A DNA stretch of 64,000 nt from NCBI RefSeq assembly GCF_016717175.1, contig NZ_JADKFZ010000004.1; one strand, 5' to 3'. This document shows, piece after piece, positions 39,160 to 49,682 of this stretch. Source of the DNA: Nannocystis sp. Lineage in GTDB: Bacteria; Myxococcota_A; Polyangia; Nannocystales; Nannocystaceae. Positions within the stretch are counted from its first letter, which is position 1. Every line of letters starts with the position of its first letter. A program made the translations under genes and the position numbers. Below the pieces are notes generated by a model. That model searched no databases. It was given only the letters and a program-made list of their open reading frames with translations, and was not told the origin of the DNA.

Positions 39160-41739
39160 ATGAGTCCCGACATGCACGGATCGCTGCTGCACCTCGGCTG
39201 GCCGCTGCTGTGCGTGCGCCTCGCGGAGGGCCTGCGCTCGCCGATGGCGCTGGCCCGGCTCGAGGCGGAGCTCGAGGGCGCGAACGGGGGGCTGCTGTCC
39301 GCGGCTGAGTATGCGGGCAGTGTGGCGGGCCGCAGCGCCGACGCGGACGCTGTTTCGCTGCGGCTGCGGGAGCAGGACGGGCTCGCGGCGATGCTCGCGG
39401 TGCAGGCGACGAACGGGGGATCCCCGGGGCTCGGCGAGGCGTTGGCGCAGACGAGCGATCTCCTCGAGGTCGCGCCGAGGGCGACGCGTGGGCTGATGCT
39501 CGAGGCGAGCGAGCTGTACGCGGTACTGCAGCAGCTGCGGGCGGCGGCGGTGTGCGTGGACCTCCACGCGGCGGCGCGCGAGGAGCGGGGCTACGCGAGT
39601 GAGCCGGGGGTCGCGGCGATCGGGCTGCGGGTCGCGGCGCTGCGGGTGCATCGCGAGTTGATGGCGACGCTCGGGCGATCGCTGGGGCCCGAGGGGCCGG
39701 ACGGGGCGCCGGCGGTGGTCGACGGGGCCAGCCCGACGCTGGCGCGTGCGCGCGGGCGGGTGCGGGAGCTGCGGGTGCAGATCGCCAAGGTGGCGCAGCG
39801 GCTGATGAAGCAGCCGGGCATCGCGGAGGCGCTGCAGGACAGCTTCTACACCGAACGCGAGGGGCGGCTGGTGCTGCCGGTGCGGGCCGACGCGTTCTCG
39901 CGGCGCGGCGCGGTGGCGGGGATCATTCATGACTCGAGCGCGTCGGGGCAGACCTTGTATGTCGAACCGGCGGCGCTGATGGAGGAGAACAACGCGCTGC
40001 GCGAGGCCCAGCTGGCGGCGGCGGCCGAGGAGCGCAAGGTGCTGGAGCAGCTGAGCCGGCTGGTGCACGCGGCGGCGGGGTCGTTGCGGGACAATCAGGA
40101 GCAGCTGATCGCGATCGACGCGGTGCAGGCGCGGCTGCGGCTGGCGGAGCGCTACGCCGGGGTGGCGCCGCGGGTGGGCGAGGATGTCCCGGAGGACAGG
40201 CGAGGGGTGTTCTGGTTGCCGCAGGCGCGGCACCCCCTGATGTTGCTTGCGGGCGTGGAGGTGGTGGCCAACGAGCTGCTGCTCACGGTGGGGGCGGCGC
40301 TGGTGATCAGCGGGCCGAACGCGGGCGGGAAGACGGTGGCGCTGAAGACGTTGGGGATCTGTTGTCTGATGGCGCAGGCGGGCCTGCGGCTGCCGACGAA
40401 GGGGGCGGCCTGCGTGCCGCTGGTGCGGCGGATCGTGACGGATGTCGGGGATGACCAGTCGATCGCGGCGAACCTGAGCACCTTCTCGGCGCACATGCGG
40501 CACGTGTGCGAGGCGCTGGACTCGGCGGCGAGCGACGGGGCGGGGACGCTGGTGCTGCTCGACGAGGTGGCGGTCGGGACGGAGCCGGAGCAGGGGGCGG
40601 CGCTGGCGGAGTCGATCCTGCTCGACCTGACGCAGCACGGGGCGACGGTGGTGACGACGACGCACTACGAGCGGCTGAAGCTGCTGGCAGTTGCGCACCC
40701 GGGGCGCTTCGTGAACGCGTCGGTGGGCTTCGACCTGGCGGCGATGCGGCCGACCTTTCGCCTGCTGCTCGGGGTGCCGGGGCCGTCGAGCGCGCTGACG
40801 GTGGCGCGCCGGCTGGGGCTGCCGGAGCGGGTGCTGGTGCACGCGGCGTCGCTGCTGGACGACGAGCGCCTGCAGGTGGACGCGCTGCTGCAACAGGTGG
40901 TGAGCGAGCGCGACGCGTTGATCACGGCGCGGGCAGACGTGGAGAAGGAGCGCAGGTCGCTGGCGGATCGCGGGCGCGAGGTGGCGCGCAGGGAGGCGGC
41001 GCTGCTCGAGCAGAGCAAGAGCCGCAAGCAGAAGGCGTACGAGCAGGCCGCGGGCGAGCTGCGGGCGCTGCACGGGGAATTGACGGAGCAGCGCAAGGCG
41101 CTGCGCAAGGCGCAGAAGGGCGGCGAGCTGCCCGCGGTGGCGGCGACGGCGGAGCAGTTGACGGCGCGGGTGAGCGAGGCGCGGGCCCAGCTGGCGGAGC
41201 AGCGGGAGCCGGTGGCGCCGGTGCCGGGGCGACCGCCGACGCAGCTGCAACCCGGCGACCGGGTGCGGCTGGCGACGCTGGGCAGCGAGGGCGAGGTGGT
41301 GTCGGTGAAGGGGGAGAAGGTGGTGGTGCAGCTCGGGACGGTGCGCACGACGGTGGCGCTGGCCGACCTGCGGGCGACGAAGGAGCCAGCGCGGGTGAAG
41401 GTGAAGTCGCAGGCGGCGGCGCCGATGAAGCAGTGGGACAGCTCGGAGGCGGCGAAGCACTTCGGGGCGGAGGCGCTGGCGGTGGTGCCGGGGATCGACA
41501 ACAGCGTGGATGTCCGTGGAGAGCGGGCCGAGGACGCGCTGCGGATGATGGAGCTGATGCTCGACGAGGCGATGCGTCGCGATCGTGAGGTGGTGGTGAT
41601 CATCCACGGGCACGGATCGGGGGCGCTGAAGAAGGCGGTGCGCGAGCAGCTCGCGGCGCTGGCCTTCGTCCGCAAGTCGCGGCCAGGGCTGCCGGTGGAG
41701 GGCGGCGAGGGGGTGACGGTGGCGTGGCTCGGGCTGTGA
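39160..41739 (+). CDS. mutS2: endonuclease MutS2
   Basis: Walker A is ISGPNAGGKTVALKT. Has the MutS domain V. C-terminal Smr domain is …VVVIIHGHGSGALKKAVRE…. The N-terminus of the track ORF is not protein-like; the first plausible ATG is 39160 or 39172. Confidence 0.85.
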   Translation: MSPDMHGSLLHLGWPLLCVRLAEGLRSPMALARLEAELEGANGGLLSAAEYAGSVAGRSADADAVSLRLREQDGLAAMLAVQATNGGSPGLGEALAQTSDLLEVAPRATRGLMLEASELYAVLQQLRAAAVCVDLHAAAREERGYASEPGVAAIGLRVAALRVHRELMATLGRSLGPEGPDGAPAVVDGASPTLARARGRVRELRVQIAKVAQRLMKQPGIAEALQDSFYTEREGRLVLPVRADAFSRRGAVAGIIHDSSASGQTLYVEPAALMEENNALREAQLAAAAEERKVLEQLSRLVHAAAGSLRDNQEQLIAIDAVQARLRLAERYAGVAPRVGEDVPEDRRGVFWLPQARHPLMLLAGVEVVANELLLTVGAALVISGPNAGGKTVALKTLGICCLMAQAGLRLPTKGAACVPLVRRIVTDVGDDQSIAANLSTFSAHMRHVCEALDSAASDGAGTLVLLDEVAVGTEPEQGAALAESILLDLTQHGATVVTTTHYERLKLLAVAHPGRFVNASVGFDLAAMRPTFRLLLGVPGPSSALTVARRLGLPERVLVHAASLLDDERLQVDALLQQVVSERDALITARADVEKERRSLADRGREVARREAALLEQSKSRKQKAYEQAAGELRALHGELTEQRKALRKAQKGGELPAVAATAEQLTARVSEARAQLAEQREPVAPVPGRPPTQLQPGDRVRLATLGSEGEVVSVKGEKVVVQLGTVRTTVALADLRATKEPARVKVKSQAAAPMKQWDSSEAAKHFGAEALAVVPGIDNSVDVRGERAEDALRMMELMLDEAMRRDREVVVIIHGHGSGALKKAVREQLAALAFVRKSRPGLPVEGGEGVTVAWLGL

Positions 41740-41778
41740 CGGGGTGACGGTGGCGCGCGGGCGGAGGTAGGATGGGAC

Positions 41779-44457
41779 ATGTCCCGAGGTTCAGGATGGG
41801 CGGCGCTGGTGGTGCTGACGCTGGCGAGCCCGGTGGTGGCTGCTCCGCCGCTGCTGCCAGGGGACGCGACCGGGGAGGGTCGCTCGCTGCTGCGGGACGT
41901 CGATCGCACGCGCACCAACGTGGCCGGGGAGGCGGACGCGGCGGCGGTGGTGGCCAATCCCGCGAACATGGGCTTCTTGAAGGCGATCGGCGGGGTGATC
42001 GAGGGGTCGTGGACGCGGGCGACAGCGCAGCGGCGCGGCAGCGGGGTCGGGGCCTTCGTGGCGCTGCCGCTGTCGCTCAAGCTGTTCGGGCGCAGCGTGG
42101 CGGAGAGTTTCTTGGCGCTCGGGATCGGGTACCAGCACCTGCGGCCGACCAGCGTGTGGTTCCCGCAGGGGCAGGTCGCGGCCTACGAGCTCGGCGGGCG
42201 GACTGCGGCGGATCTGCCGTATCACAAGGTGTCGCTGTCGGCGGCGCTGCCGTTGATGCGCTGGGCGCCGGGGCTGGCGCTCGGGCTGTCGTACAGTCGC
42301 TTGTGGTCGGCGCGTAACCTGGCGGCGGACGACCTGAACCAGGTCGATCTGGCGATCGGGTATCGGCCGCATCGGGTGGTCGCGGTGGGGCTGGTGGCGC
42401 GGGCGATCAACATGCCGCGGGCGCACGGGGACGCGACGATCGTGCCGTCGCTGCCGGCGGTGGTCCAGCCCTTCGAGCTCGACCCGGAGCTGGCGCTGCG
42501 ACCGATCCGCGGGACGCGGGCGCTCGAGCTGGCGGTGGGGGCGAGGATCGTGCCAGTGCAGCCGGTGCTGGACCCGCGTTACGCGTTGCCGGTGCTCTCG
42601 CCGCGGGTGCGCGTGGAGGCGGGCGGGCGCGGGGTCCGGGTGTTCGCGGAGGGCGAGCGCTACGCGAGCGCGACGGCGTCGGGGTCCGCCGCGGGGCTGC
42701 GCTTCATGACGGGGGTGGAGTTCGACCTGGCGAATGTCGGGCTGGCGGTGGCGCCTTCGTTCGGCAGCGGTGGCGGCGGCGCGGCGGGGGTGCAGGGCTT
42801 CGCGGGCAAGCTGCGGGTGTCGGCGGAGCGCTATGCGAGCCTGGCCGATCGGACAGGTGAGGCGCTGCGGGTGGACGTCGGCGCGTACGCGGGGGACCGC
42901 GGGATGTTCCGCCTGGTCGAGCTCATCGATCGCCTGGGCGAGCAGCACGGGGCGCTGCTGCTGCTCGAGGTCGAGACGCTGCGCCTGGGCTACGCGCAGA
43001 TCGAGGAGGTGCGCGAGGCGCTGCTGCGGCTGCGGGCGCGCGGCGGGCGGGTCGCGGTGTATCTGCGCGGCGGGGGGATCCGCGAGTACTTCCTGGCGAG
43101 CGCGGCGGAGCGGATCTTCAGCCACCCGAACTCGCGGCTGTCGATCGTCGGGCTGCGGGTGGAGGTGTTCTTCTTCGCCGATCTGCTGGCGAAGCTGGGG
43201 GCGCGGGCGGAGTTCGTGCGGGTGGCGGAGTACAAGTCGCGGCCGGAGCAGTTCGAGCTGCGCAGCAGCAGCGAGCCGTCGGCGACGCAGCGGCAGCTGC
43301 TGGTGACGGACACGTGGAATCACCTCGTACGCCTGATCGGGCGCGGACGCGGGAAGACGGAGAAGCAGGTGGCGGACTGGGTCGACGCGGCGCCGCACGC
43401 CCCGGAGGGGGCGCTCGGGGTGGGGCTGGTCGACGAGCTGGCGTACGTCGACGAGCTCGAGGCGAGGCTCGGGAGCTGGCTCGGGCGGCGGGTGAAGCTG
43501 AAGGCGCCGGGCAAGCGACCGGCGCACGCGGAGGCGTACGGGCCGGGGCCGCAGGTGGCGGTGCTGCACATCGAGGGGACGATGAGCGACGGGGTGAGCC
43601 TCGAGATCCCGATCGTCGGCAGCAAGCTGGCGGGGAGCGAGACGCTGGTGAAGCAGATCGACGCGCTGCGGGAGGATCGCCGGGTGAAGGCGGTGGTCGT
43701 GCGCATCGACAGCCCGGGCGGGTCAGTGGCGGCGGCCGACGCGATGACGCGGGCGCTCGAGCGGACCGCGAAGGTGAAGCCGGTCGTGATCTCGATGGGC
43801 AACGTGGCGGCGTCGGGCGGCTACTACGTGGCGACGGCGGGGCAGTACATCTTCAGCGACGCGCTGACGCGGACGGGGAGCATCGGGATCTTTCGGCCGA
43901 AGGTCGACCTGTCGGGCACGCTGAAGCTGTTCGGCGTCGGTGTCGATGAGATCAGCGTGGGGGCGAAGGCGGGGCTGTACTCGTGGTGGAAGCCGTACAC
44001 GCCGGAGGAGCGCGCGGCGGCCCAGAGCGGCATCGAGGTGCAGTACCAGATCTTCGTGCAGCGGGTCGCGCGGGCGCGGGCGATGGCGCCGGCGGAGGTC
44101 GACCGTGTGGCGCGCGGGCGGATCTGGAGCGGGGTGCGGGCGCAGGAGATCGGCCTCGTCGACGCGTACGGCGGCCTGCGCGAGGCGGTTTTGCACGCGC
44201 GGGCGCTGGCCAAGCTGGGGCCGACGGACGGCGAGCTGCGGCACTATCCGCGGCCGCCGAATCTGGTGGAGCAGATCGACGCGCTGTTCGGGCTGCGCCT
44301 GCCGTCGCCCCTGGGGCTGCGTGGCGGGTCCGTGGCTGGGGCGGAGCTCGTCGACGGCGCGCTGCTCTGGGTGCTGCGGCGTTTACCCGCGACCGTGTGG
44401 TGGATGTCGGGACCGGAGCCGCTGGCGATGGCGGAGGAGGTCGTCACCCTGGAGTAA
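41779..44457 (+). CDS. sppA: signal peptide peptidase SppA (S49, two-domain 67K type) with a ~350-aa N-terminal extension (paralog 1)
   Basis: Has RIDSPGGSVAAADAM and GNVAASGGYYVA (S49 Ser/Lys dyad regions). Signal peptide. The N-terminal domain is homologous to that of the second paralog. Confidence 0.8.
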   Translation: MSRGSGWAALVVLTLASPVVAAPPLLPGDATGEGRSLLRDVDRTRTNVAGEADAAAVVANPANMGFLKAIGGVIEGSWTRATAQRRGSGVGAFVALPLSLKLFGRSVAESFLALGIGYQHLRPTSVWFPQGQVAAYELGGRTAADLPYHKVSLSAALPLMRWAPGLALGLSYSRLWSARNLAADDLNQVDLAIGYRPHRVVAVGLVARAINMPRAHGDATIVPSLPAVVQPFELDPELALRPIRGTRALELAVGARIVPVQPVLDPRYALPVLSPRVRVEAGGRGVRVFAEGERYASATASGSAAGLRFMTGVEFDLANVGLAVAPSFGSGGGGAAGVQGFAGKLRVSAERYASLADRTGEALRVDVGAYAGDRGMFRLVELIDRLGEQHGALLLLEVETLRLGYAQIEEVREALLRLRARGGRVAVYLRGGGIREYFLASAAERIFSHPNSRLSIVGLRVEVFFFADLLAKLGARAEFVRVAEYKSRPEQFELRSSSEPSATQRQLLVTDTWNHLVRLIGRGRGKTEKQVADWVDAAPHAPEGALGVGLVDELAYVDELEARLGSWLGRRVKLKAPGKRPAHAEAYGPGPQVAVLHIEGTMSDGVSLEIPIVGSKLAGSETLVKQIDALREDRRVKAVVVRIDSPGGSVAAADAMTRALERTAKVKPVVISMGNVAASGGYYVATAGQYIFSDALTRTGSIGIFRPKVDLSGTLKLFGVGVDEISVGAKAGLYSWWKPYTPEERAAAQSGIEVQYQIFVQRVARARAMAPAEVDRVARGRIWSGVRAQEIGLVDAYGGLREAVLHARALAKLGPTDGELRHYPRPPNLVEQIDALFGLRLPSPLGLRGGSVAGAELVDGALLWVLRRLPATVWWMSGPEPLAMAEEVVTLE

Positions 44458-44508
44458 GCGACCCCCGCGCCTCGTTTTTCGGTACCCTCCAGCCACGCGG
44501 AGGTTTTC

Positions 44509-45243
44509 ATGGCGCTCACGCCCGAACAGGAGTGGACCTTGGTGGGATGCGGGCTCGTGGCCCATGCCGATGAGATCCTCGATATCGGCGAGTGGGACGA
44601 GGTGCTCCGCTACGTCGGGTCGACCCTGAGCGAGGCGGACCAGCAGGTGTGGATGGAGATTCTCTCCGACCAGGATCAGCTGGAGCAGCGCTTCGGCGAG
44701 CTCAGGCCGCTGCCGGAGGGGAGCGGCGAGGAGTTGCTGCGGCGCTGCTGGCAGATGGCGCTGGCGGACGGGGTCGGGACGGACATCGAGGCGAGCGTGC
44801 ACGACCGCATCGCCCGGCGAGTCGGCGTGGACCTCGATGTGGTGGCGCGCTGGCGTGAGACCTGGACCCGGCAGGCGCACGCGCGCGCGGAGCTCACCGT
44901 GAGCCTGGCGGCGATGTTCGTGAACCTCGACGGGCACCTCGATTTTCACGAGGCGATTCACTTCGACAACCTGCTCGAGCGGCTGCCGATCCCGGTCGGG
45001 CGGCGGGTCGAGCTGTCGGAGCTGCTGCACTCGCCGCCGACCTTCGAGGCGCTGGTCGAGCGGCTGATGACGCTCGACACGGCCGAGCGGGTGCGCGCGC
45101 TGCACTCGCTGGTGCCGCTGCTGCGCGCGAGCCGTCGCGGCGGGCGTGAGCGCGAGCTGTTCTTCTCGCTGTCGCGCAAGGTGCTGGGGAGCCAGCCCGG
45201 GGAGGTCGAGCGGCTGCTCGACCCCGACGCGGGCAACCAGTGA
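44509..45243 (+). CDS. TerB-family (tellurite-resistance TerB-like) protein with two TerB-like repeats
   Basis: LRRCWQMALADGVGTDIEASVHDRIARRVG matches the TerB signature. A second degenerate copy is in the C-terminal half. Confidence 0.5.
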   Translation: MALTPEQEWTLVGCGLVAHADEILDIGEWDEVLRYVGSTLSEADQQVWMEILSDQDQLEQRFGELRPLPEGSGEELLRRCWQMALADGVGTDIEASVHDRIARRVGVDLDVVARWRETWTRQAHARAELTVSLAAMFVNLDGHLDFHEAIHFDNLLERLPIPVGRRVELSELLHSPPTFEALVERLMTLDTAERVRALHSLVPLLRASRRGGRERELFFSLSRKVLGSQPGEVERLLDPDAGNQ

Positions 45244-45253
45244 TGTCGGCGAC

Positions 45254-45308
45254 GGCCGGTGAGGCCGGTGAGGCCGGCGAGGCCGGCGAGGCCGGTGAGG
45301 CCGGTGAT
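45254..45308. repeat. 6 x 9-bp tandem repeat (GGTGAGGCC / GGCGAGGCC)
   Basis: Intergenic, between convergent genes. Confidence 0.8.
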
Positions 45309-46600
45309 CAGGGACAGTCGGTGTCGACGTCGCGCTTGAAGGAGCGGCCGGTGGCGAACACCATGAGGCGCTGGTAGGCGGCGTAGGGGCCGTAGGCGTA
45401 GAGGTTGCCGCCGTTGATGAGGGTGGCGCCTGCTGGCTGCGGGCAGCCGTTGAGGCAGGTCCAGTTGCCGTTCTCGAAGATGGTGGGCCCGCCGATCGGG
45501 GGGTCGGCGGCCCAGAAGACCTGGTCGTGGACGACGATGCCAGTGCTCTCGGGGTTGATGCCGGGCTCGATGTCGAGGGTGCTGATGAAGCGGTCGCGGA
45601 CGATGACCTTGGCGAACTGCTCGCCCATCGGGACGGCGGTCAGCTCGGCCTCGCCGCTCCACTTGCCGGCGATGTAGATGCCCTGGCTCTGCTCCTGCAG
45701 CTGGGCGCGGCCGGTGTACAGATCGGTGGTGAGGTGGTCGGGGCCGGCGAGGCCGAGGTTGGGGCCGAGCAGGGCGTAGGTCATGCGCAGGCGGAAGGGC
45801 GCGGGGAACTCCTCGCCGAGCACGCCGAGGGTGTCCCACGGGAGCTGGCGCTCCCAGGTGTCGACGTGCATGACGAGCTGGCCGGGCTCGACCCAGAGGA
45901 AGCCCGTGGCGAGGGTGTCGACGCTGCAGTCGGCGGAGGTCTCGCGCCAGGTGAAATTGCCGTTGTCGTCGATGGTGAGGATCGAGTCGCCGGTGGTGTT
46001 GTCGGGGGCCCACTGGAGGCTCCAGGTGCCGATGAGGTCGACCTCCTGTACGCCGAAGATCTCGTCGCCAAAGGCGCCTGCCGGGGGGAAGGCGTCGACG
46101 TCGCCGGTGGTGCCGGTGCCGGTGTCGGTGCCGGTGTCGGTGTCGGTGCCCGTGCCCGTGTCCGTGCCCGTGCCGGTGTCGGTGCCCGTGCCGGTGCCGG
46201 TGCCGGTGCCGGTGTCGGTGTCGGTGCCCGTGGTGCTGGTGCTCAGCGTGGTGTCGGTGTCGATCGACGTGCTGCTGCTCGTGCTGGTGGTCGTGTCGGT
46301 GTAGCCGGTGGTCGGGTAGTAGCCCTCGTCGTAGCCGGTGTCATAGCCGGTGTCGGGGAAGGGGCCCTCGTCGGTGTAGCCGGTGGTCGGGTAGTAGCCC
46401 TCGTCCGTGTAGCAGTCGTAGTCGCTGCAATAGGGGCCCTCTTCGCTGTAGGGGCCGGTGTCGCTGTAGGTGTCCGTGCCGCAGAACTCGGCGCAGCCGT
46501 CGTCGTCGGCGATCTCGCCGTCGATGCAGCCGCTGGTGGTGAAGCTGAGGCCGACGAAGCCGGCGGCGATGCTGCGGGCGCGAGTGATGCGATAAGCCAT
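45308..46600 (-). CDS. hypothetical lipoprotein with Tyr/Gly/Asp-rich and (DT/GT)n low-complexity regions
   Basis: ATG 46600 is preceded by GGAGG. Signal peptide with Cys (FTTSGC). TDTGTGTGTGTGTDTGTGT… run. C-terminal beta-rich domain. The track ORF upstream of 46600 is an artefact. Confidence 0.5.
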   Translation of the reverse strand: MAYRITRARSIAAGFVGLSFTTSGCIDGEIADDDGCAEFCGTDTYSDTGPYSEEGPYCSDYDCYTDEGYYPTTGYTDEGPFPDTGYDTGYDEGYYPTTGYTDTTTSTSSSTSIDTDTTLSTSTTGTDTDTGTGTGTGTGTDTGTGTDTGTGTDTDTGTDTGTGTTGDVDAFPPAGAFGDEIFGVQEVDLIGTWSLQWAPDNTTGDSILTIDDNGNFTWRETSADCSVDTLATGFLWVEPGQLVMHVDTWERQLPWDTLGVLGEEFPAPFRLRMTYALLGPNLGLAGPDHLTTDLYTGRAQLQEQSQGIYIAGKWSGEAELTAVPMGEQFAKVIVRDRFISTLDIEPGINPESTGIVVHDQVFWAADPPIGGPTIFENGNWTCLNGCPQPAGATLINGGNLYAYGPYAAYQRLMVFATGRSFKRDVDTDCP

Positions 46601-46667
46601 GACGAGACCTCCAGACCAACACGGCGATACGCCGTCGGTCGATGATGTTCGCGGGCGGGCGGCCGCG

Positions 46668-49600
46668 TCAAGGTCCGGCGTCGCGCGCGGGGGTTGCGGT
46701 CTGCGGGGCCGCGTAGGGGAAGATGTCCGAAGCGCGCAGCTCGACCAGCTCGGCCTGCAGCAGCTGGCGCAGCGCGGCGAGGTCGATGCGCCGACGATCG
46801 GCGAGCACGCTGACGATCGCGGGGGCGGTGAAGTGGTGCTGCAAAGCTTGCAGCTGCGGTGCGGCGAGCGACTGCAGGGTTGCGAGCTCCCAGGCACGCG
46901 GGTCGCCGGTCTCGCCGCGCTCGGCCCATACTTGGACCCAGTCGGGCACGCGTCGCGGGGGGATGCGGGTGGCGACCATCTCGCGGGTGAGGGCGACGCG
47001 GGCCGCGGCGATGCGATCGTCGCCGGGATCGGGGGCACGCAGGATCTCGAGCAGGAGCGTGAGGGCCTCGCGGCTCTTGTCGGCCTGGGTGCCGAGGCGG
47101 CCGAGCAGGGCGGCGCCGTCGATGTCGCGGGCGCCGGCGATGAGCAGGCCGGAGGCGCTGTAGGCGAGGCCGCGGGCCTCGCGGATCTGCTGGAACACGA
47201 GGCCGCTCATGTCGCCGCCCAAGATCTGGTTGAGCAGGCGCGCCGCGGGGCGATCGCTGCGGGGCAGCGGCGGGCTGGCCAGGGCGACCTCGATCTGGGC
47301 CTGGGCCATGTCGCGGTGGAGGAAGAAAATTGTCGGGGCGGCGAGTGATCGCAGGGCCCGTGGCGGGCGCGGGGGGACGGGCTTGCCGGCGCTCGCGGGC
47401 AGGGCGGTCACCAACGCGTCGGCGATGCGGGGGCCGAAGTAGAGGTGATGACGCGAGCTGTCCGCGAGGACAGCCAGCTCGCGGGCGAGCTCGGGGCCGC
47501 GGGCCTGGCGGAGCTGGCGGTCGCCCGGGCGGGTGAGGATGTCGCTGGCGGGGCCGCGGCGGGCGTACTCGGCGAGGGCCTCGGCGAGGGCCTCGGGGTC
47601 GTCCTGCTCGTCGCGGCGGAGGCTGAGGGTGTTGGCGAGGAGGTCGCGGACGGTGTCGTCGTCGAAGCCGGGGCGGCGCAGCCAGGTGTCGAGGAGGGCG
47701 AGGCTCTGCTCGAGGTGCTCGTCGACGCCGGTGACGAAGATGCGGGTCTGGTCGGCGCCGCAGTCGGTGTCGATGGTGGTGCCGAGCTGGAACAGGCGGC
47801 GCTGGAGCGCCTCGGCGTCGAGGTCACCGGCGCCGGAGAGGGCGAGGAGGTCGAGGGCGTGGCCGAGGAGCGGGCGCTGGCGGGTGCCGAGCTCGAAGCG
47901 GAGGGTGAGGGAAAACAGGTCGCTGCGGCGGTTCTGGGCGGCGATCAGGGGGCCGGCGGGGGTGCTGCGGCGGGTGTAGTCGCGGCCTTCTTGCAGCCAC
48001 ACGGGGTCGGGGTCGGGGGCGGCCTCGGCGAGCAGCTCGGCGGCGAAGCGGCTGATGCGGGCGGGGTCGATCGGCACCGGCGTGATCACCGGCTTGGGCA
48101 TCTTCGGCGGGTCGTGGCGGCCGCGCTTGCGCACGATCGCTACGTGGTCGGCGCCGAGGTAGGTGGCGGCGACGCGGAGGATGTCGCCGTGGGTGACGCG
48201 GGCCATGGCGGCGACGAAGCGGACGTGCTCGGGCCAGCTGCGGCGCTCGAGGTAGGCGTCGGCGATCCAGCTGACGCGGCCGTTGTTGGACTCGCGGGCC
48301 ATCTGCTCGCGGATCTGCTCGTGGAGGACGATCGCGTCGATGTCGGCCTGGGTGAAGGCGCCGGCCTTGAGGTCGGTGATGACGGATCGCAGGAGGCGCT
48401 CGACCTCGGCGTGGCTCTGGTCGTCGCGGGCGACGCCGGTGAGCGCGAAGTAGCCGCCGTCGACCAGCTGCTCGCCGTGGCCGTCGGCGTCGGGCAGCTC
48501 ACCCGAGAGCAGGAGGCGGACGTTGAGCAGGCCGCTGACGTCGTTGTCGACGAGCTCGGCGAGCACGGCGAGCGCGGGCTCGTCGGGGTGGCCGGCGGGG
48601 ACGGTGCGCCAGGCGAGGGTGACCGACTGCTCGCCCTCGGCGGTGATGATGCGCTCGATGCGACCGACGGGGCCGTCGAGGGCGCCGGGCGGGGGTGGTG
48701 GGAGCTGTCCCGGAGACCATGTCGCAAAGGCCAGCTCGAGGGCGGCGAGGGTGGCGACGGGGTCGAGGTCGCCGGCGAGGATCAGGGCGGCGTTGTTGGG
48801 GAGGTACCAGCGCCGGTGGTAGGCGACCATCTCGGCGAGGGCGGGGTTACGTAGGTGCTCGGCGTCGCCGAGGATCGTCTGGGTGCCATAGGGGTGGCGC
48901 GGGAACAGGGCCAGGCGCAGGGCCTCGTCCATGCGGTCCTCGGGGGTGTCGAGGCTGATGTTCTTCTCCTCGTAGACGGCCTCGAGCTCGGGGAGGAACA
49001 GGCGGAAGGTGGGCGCGGCGAGGCGCTCGGCCTCGACGCGGGCCCACGCGGCGAGGCGCGCGGCCGGGAGGTCGGCCATGTAGACGGTGGTGTCGTCGGT
49101 CGTGAAGGCGTTGACGTCGAGGATGCCGAGGCCGGCGTAGAGGCGGTCGAGCTCGTTGGGGATCGCGGTGACGGCCGCGGACTGCGTGGCGGCGTCGATG
49201 TCGGCGAGGATCGCGGCGCGCTCGCCGGGCGTGGAGCGCGGGAGCCGATCGTAGAGGGCGGCGGTGCGGGCGAGGTGCGGGGCCTCGGCGTCGGCGTCGA
49301 GGGTGCCGAGCCTGGCGGTGCCCTTGAACATCATGTGCTCGAGGTAGTGGGCGAGGCCGGTCGAGTGGGCGGGGTCGTGGCGGCTGCCGGCTCGAATCGC
49401 GATCCAGGCGGAGATCCGGGGCTGCTCGCGGTCGACGCTGAGGTAGACGGTGAGGCCGTTGGACAGGCGGTGGATCGTGACGGCGAGAGGGTCGTCGGGG
49501 AGCGGGGTGGGGAGGGGGGCGGGGGCGTCGGGGGCGTAGGCGATCGCGGTGGGGGCCGCCGGTGTGGGGGGCGACGCGGGGACGGGCGAGGGAGTGGTGG

Positions 49601-49682
49601 CGGTGCTTTCGGTCATGTCGCTGGGACGAGGGGCGCAGGCCAGGAGGGCCGCGAGGCAGAGCAGGAGGCGGGTGCGGCTCAC
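46668..49682 (-). CDS. M16-family (pitrilysin/insulinase-like) zinc peptidase lipoprotein, tandem M16 units
   Basis: GTG 49682 start overlaps the upstream stop (GTGA). Lipobox ALLACA. Inverted zinc motif HSTGLAHYLEHMMFKG. 1004 aa. Confidence 0.85.
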   Translation of the reverse strand: MSRTRLLLCLAALLACAPRPSDMTESTATTPSPVPASPPTPAAPTAIAYAPDAPAPLPTPLPDDPLAVTIHRLSNGLTVYLSVDREQPRISAWIAIRAGSRHDPAHSTGLAHYLEHMMFKGTARLGTLDADAEAPHLARTAALYDRLPRSTPGERAAILADIDAATQSAAVTAIPNELDRLYAGLGILDVNAFTTDDTTVYMADLPAARLAAWARVEAERLAAPTFRLFLPELEAVYEEKNISLDTPEDRMDEALRLALFPRHPYGTQTILGDAEHLRNPALAEMVAYHRRWYLPNNAALILAGDLDPVATLAALELAFATWSPGQLPPPPPGALDGPVGRIERIITAEGEQSVTLAWRTVPAGHPDEPALAVLAELVDNDVSGLLNVRLLLSGELPDADGHGEQLVDGGYFALTGVARDDQSHAEVERLLRSVITDLKAGAFTQADIDAIVLHEQIREQMARESNNGRVSWIADAYLERRSWPEHVRFVAAMARVTHGDILRVAATYLGADHVAIVRKRGRHDPPKMPKPVITPVPIDPARISRFAAELLAEAAPDPDPVWLQEGRDYTRRSTPAGPLIAAQNRRSDLFSLTLRFELGTRQRPLLGHALDLLALSGAGDLDAEALQRRLFQLGTTIDTDCGADQTRIFVTGVDEHLEQSLALLDTWLRRPGFDDDTVRDLLANTLSLRRDEQDDPEALAEALAEYARRGPASDILTRPGDRQLRQARGPELARELAVLADSSRHHLYFGPRIADALVTALPASAGKPVPPRPPRALRSLAAPTIFFLHRDMAQAQIEVALASPPLPRSDRPAARLLNQILGGDMSGLVFQQIREARGLAYSASGLLIAGARDIDGAALLGRLGTQADKSREALTLLLEILRAPDPGDDRIAAARVALTREMVATRIPPRRVPDWVQVWAERGETGDPRAWELATLQSLAAPQLQALQHHFTAPAIVSVLADRRRIDLAALRQLLQAELVELRASDIFPYAAPQTATPARDAGP

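Noticed and set aside
39019-41613. 864-aa minus-strand ORF
   Set aside because: Antisense to mutS2. Arg/Pro/His/Gln-rich.
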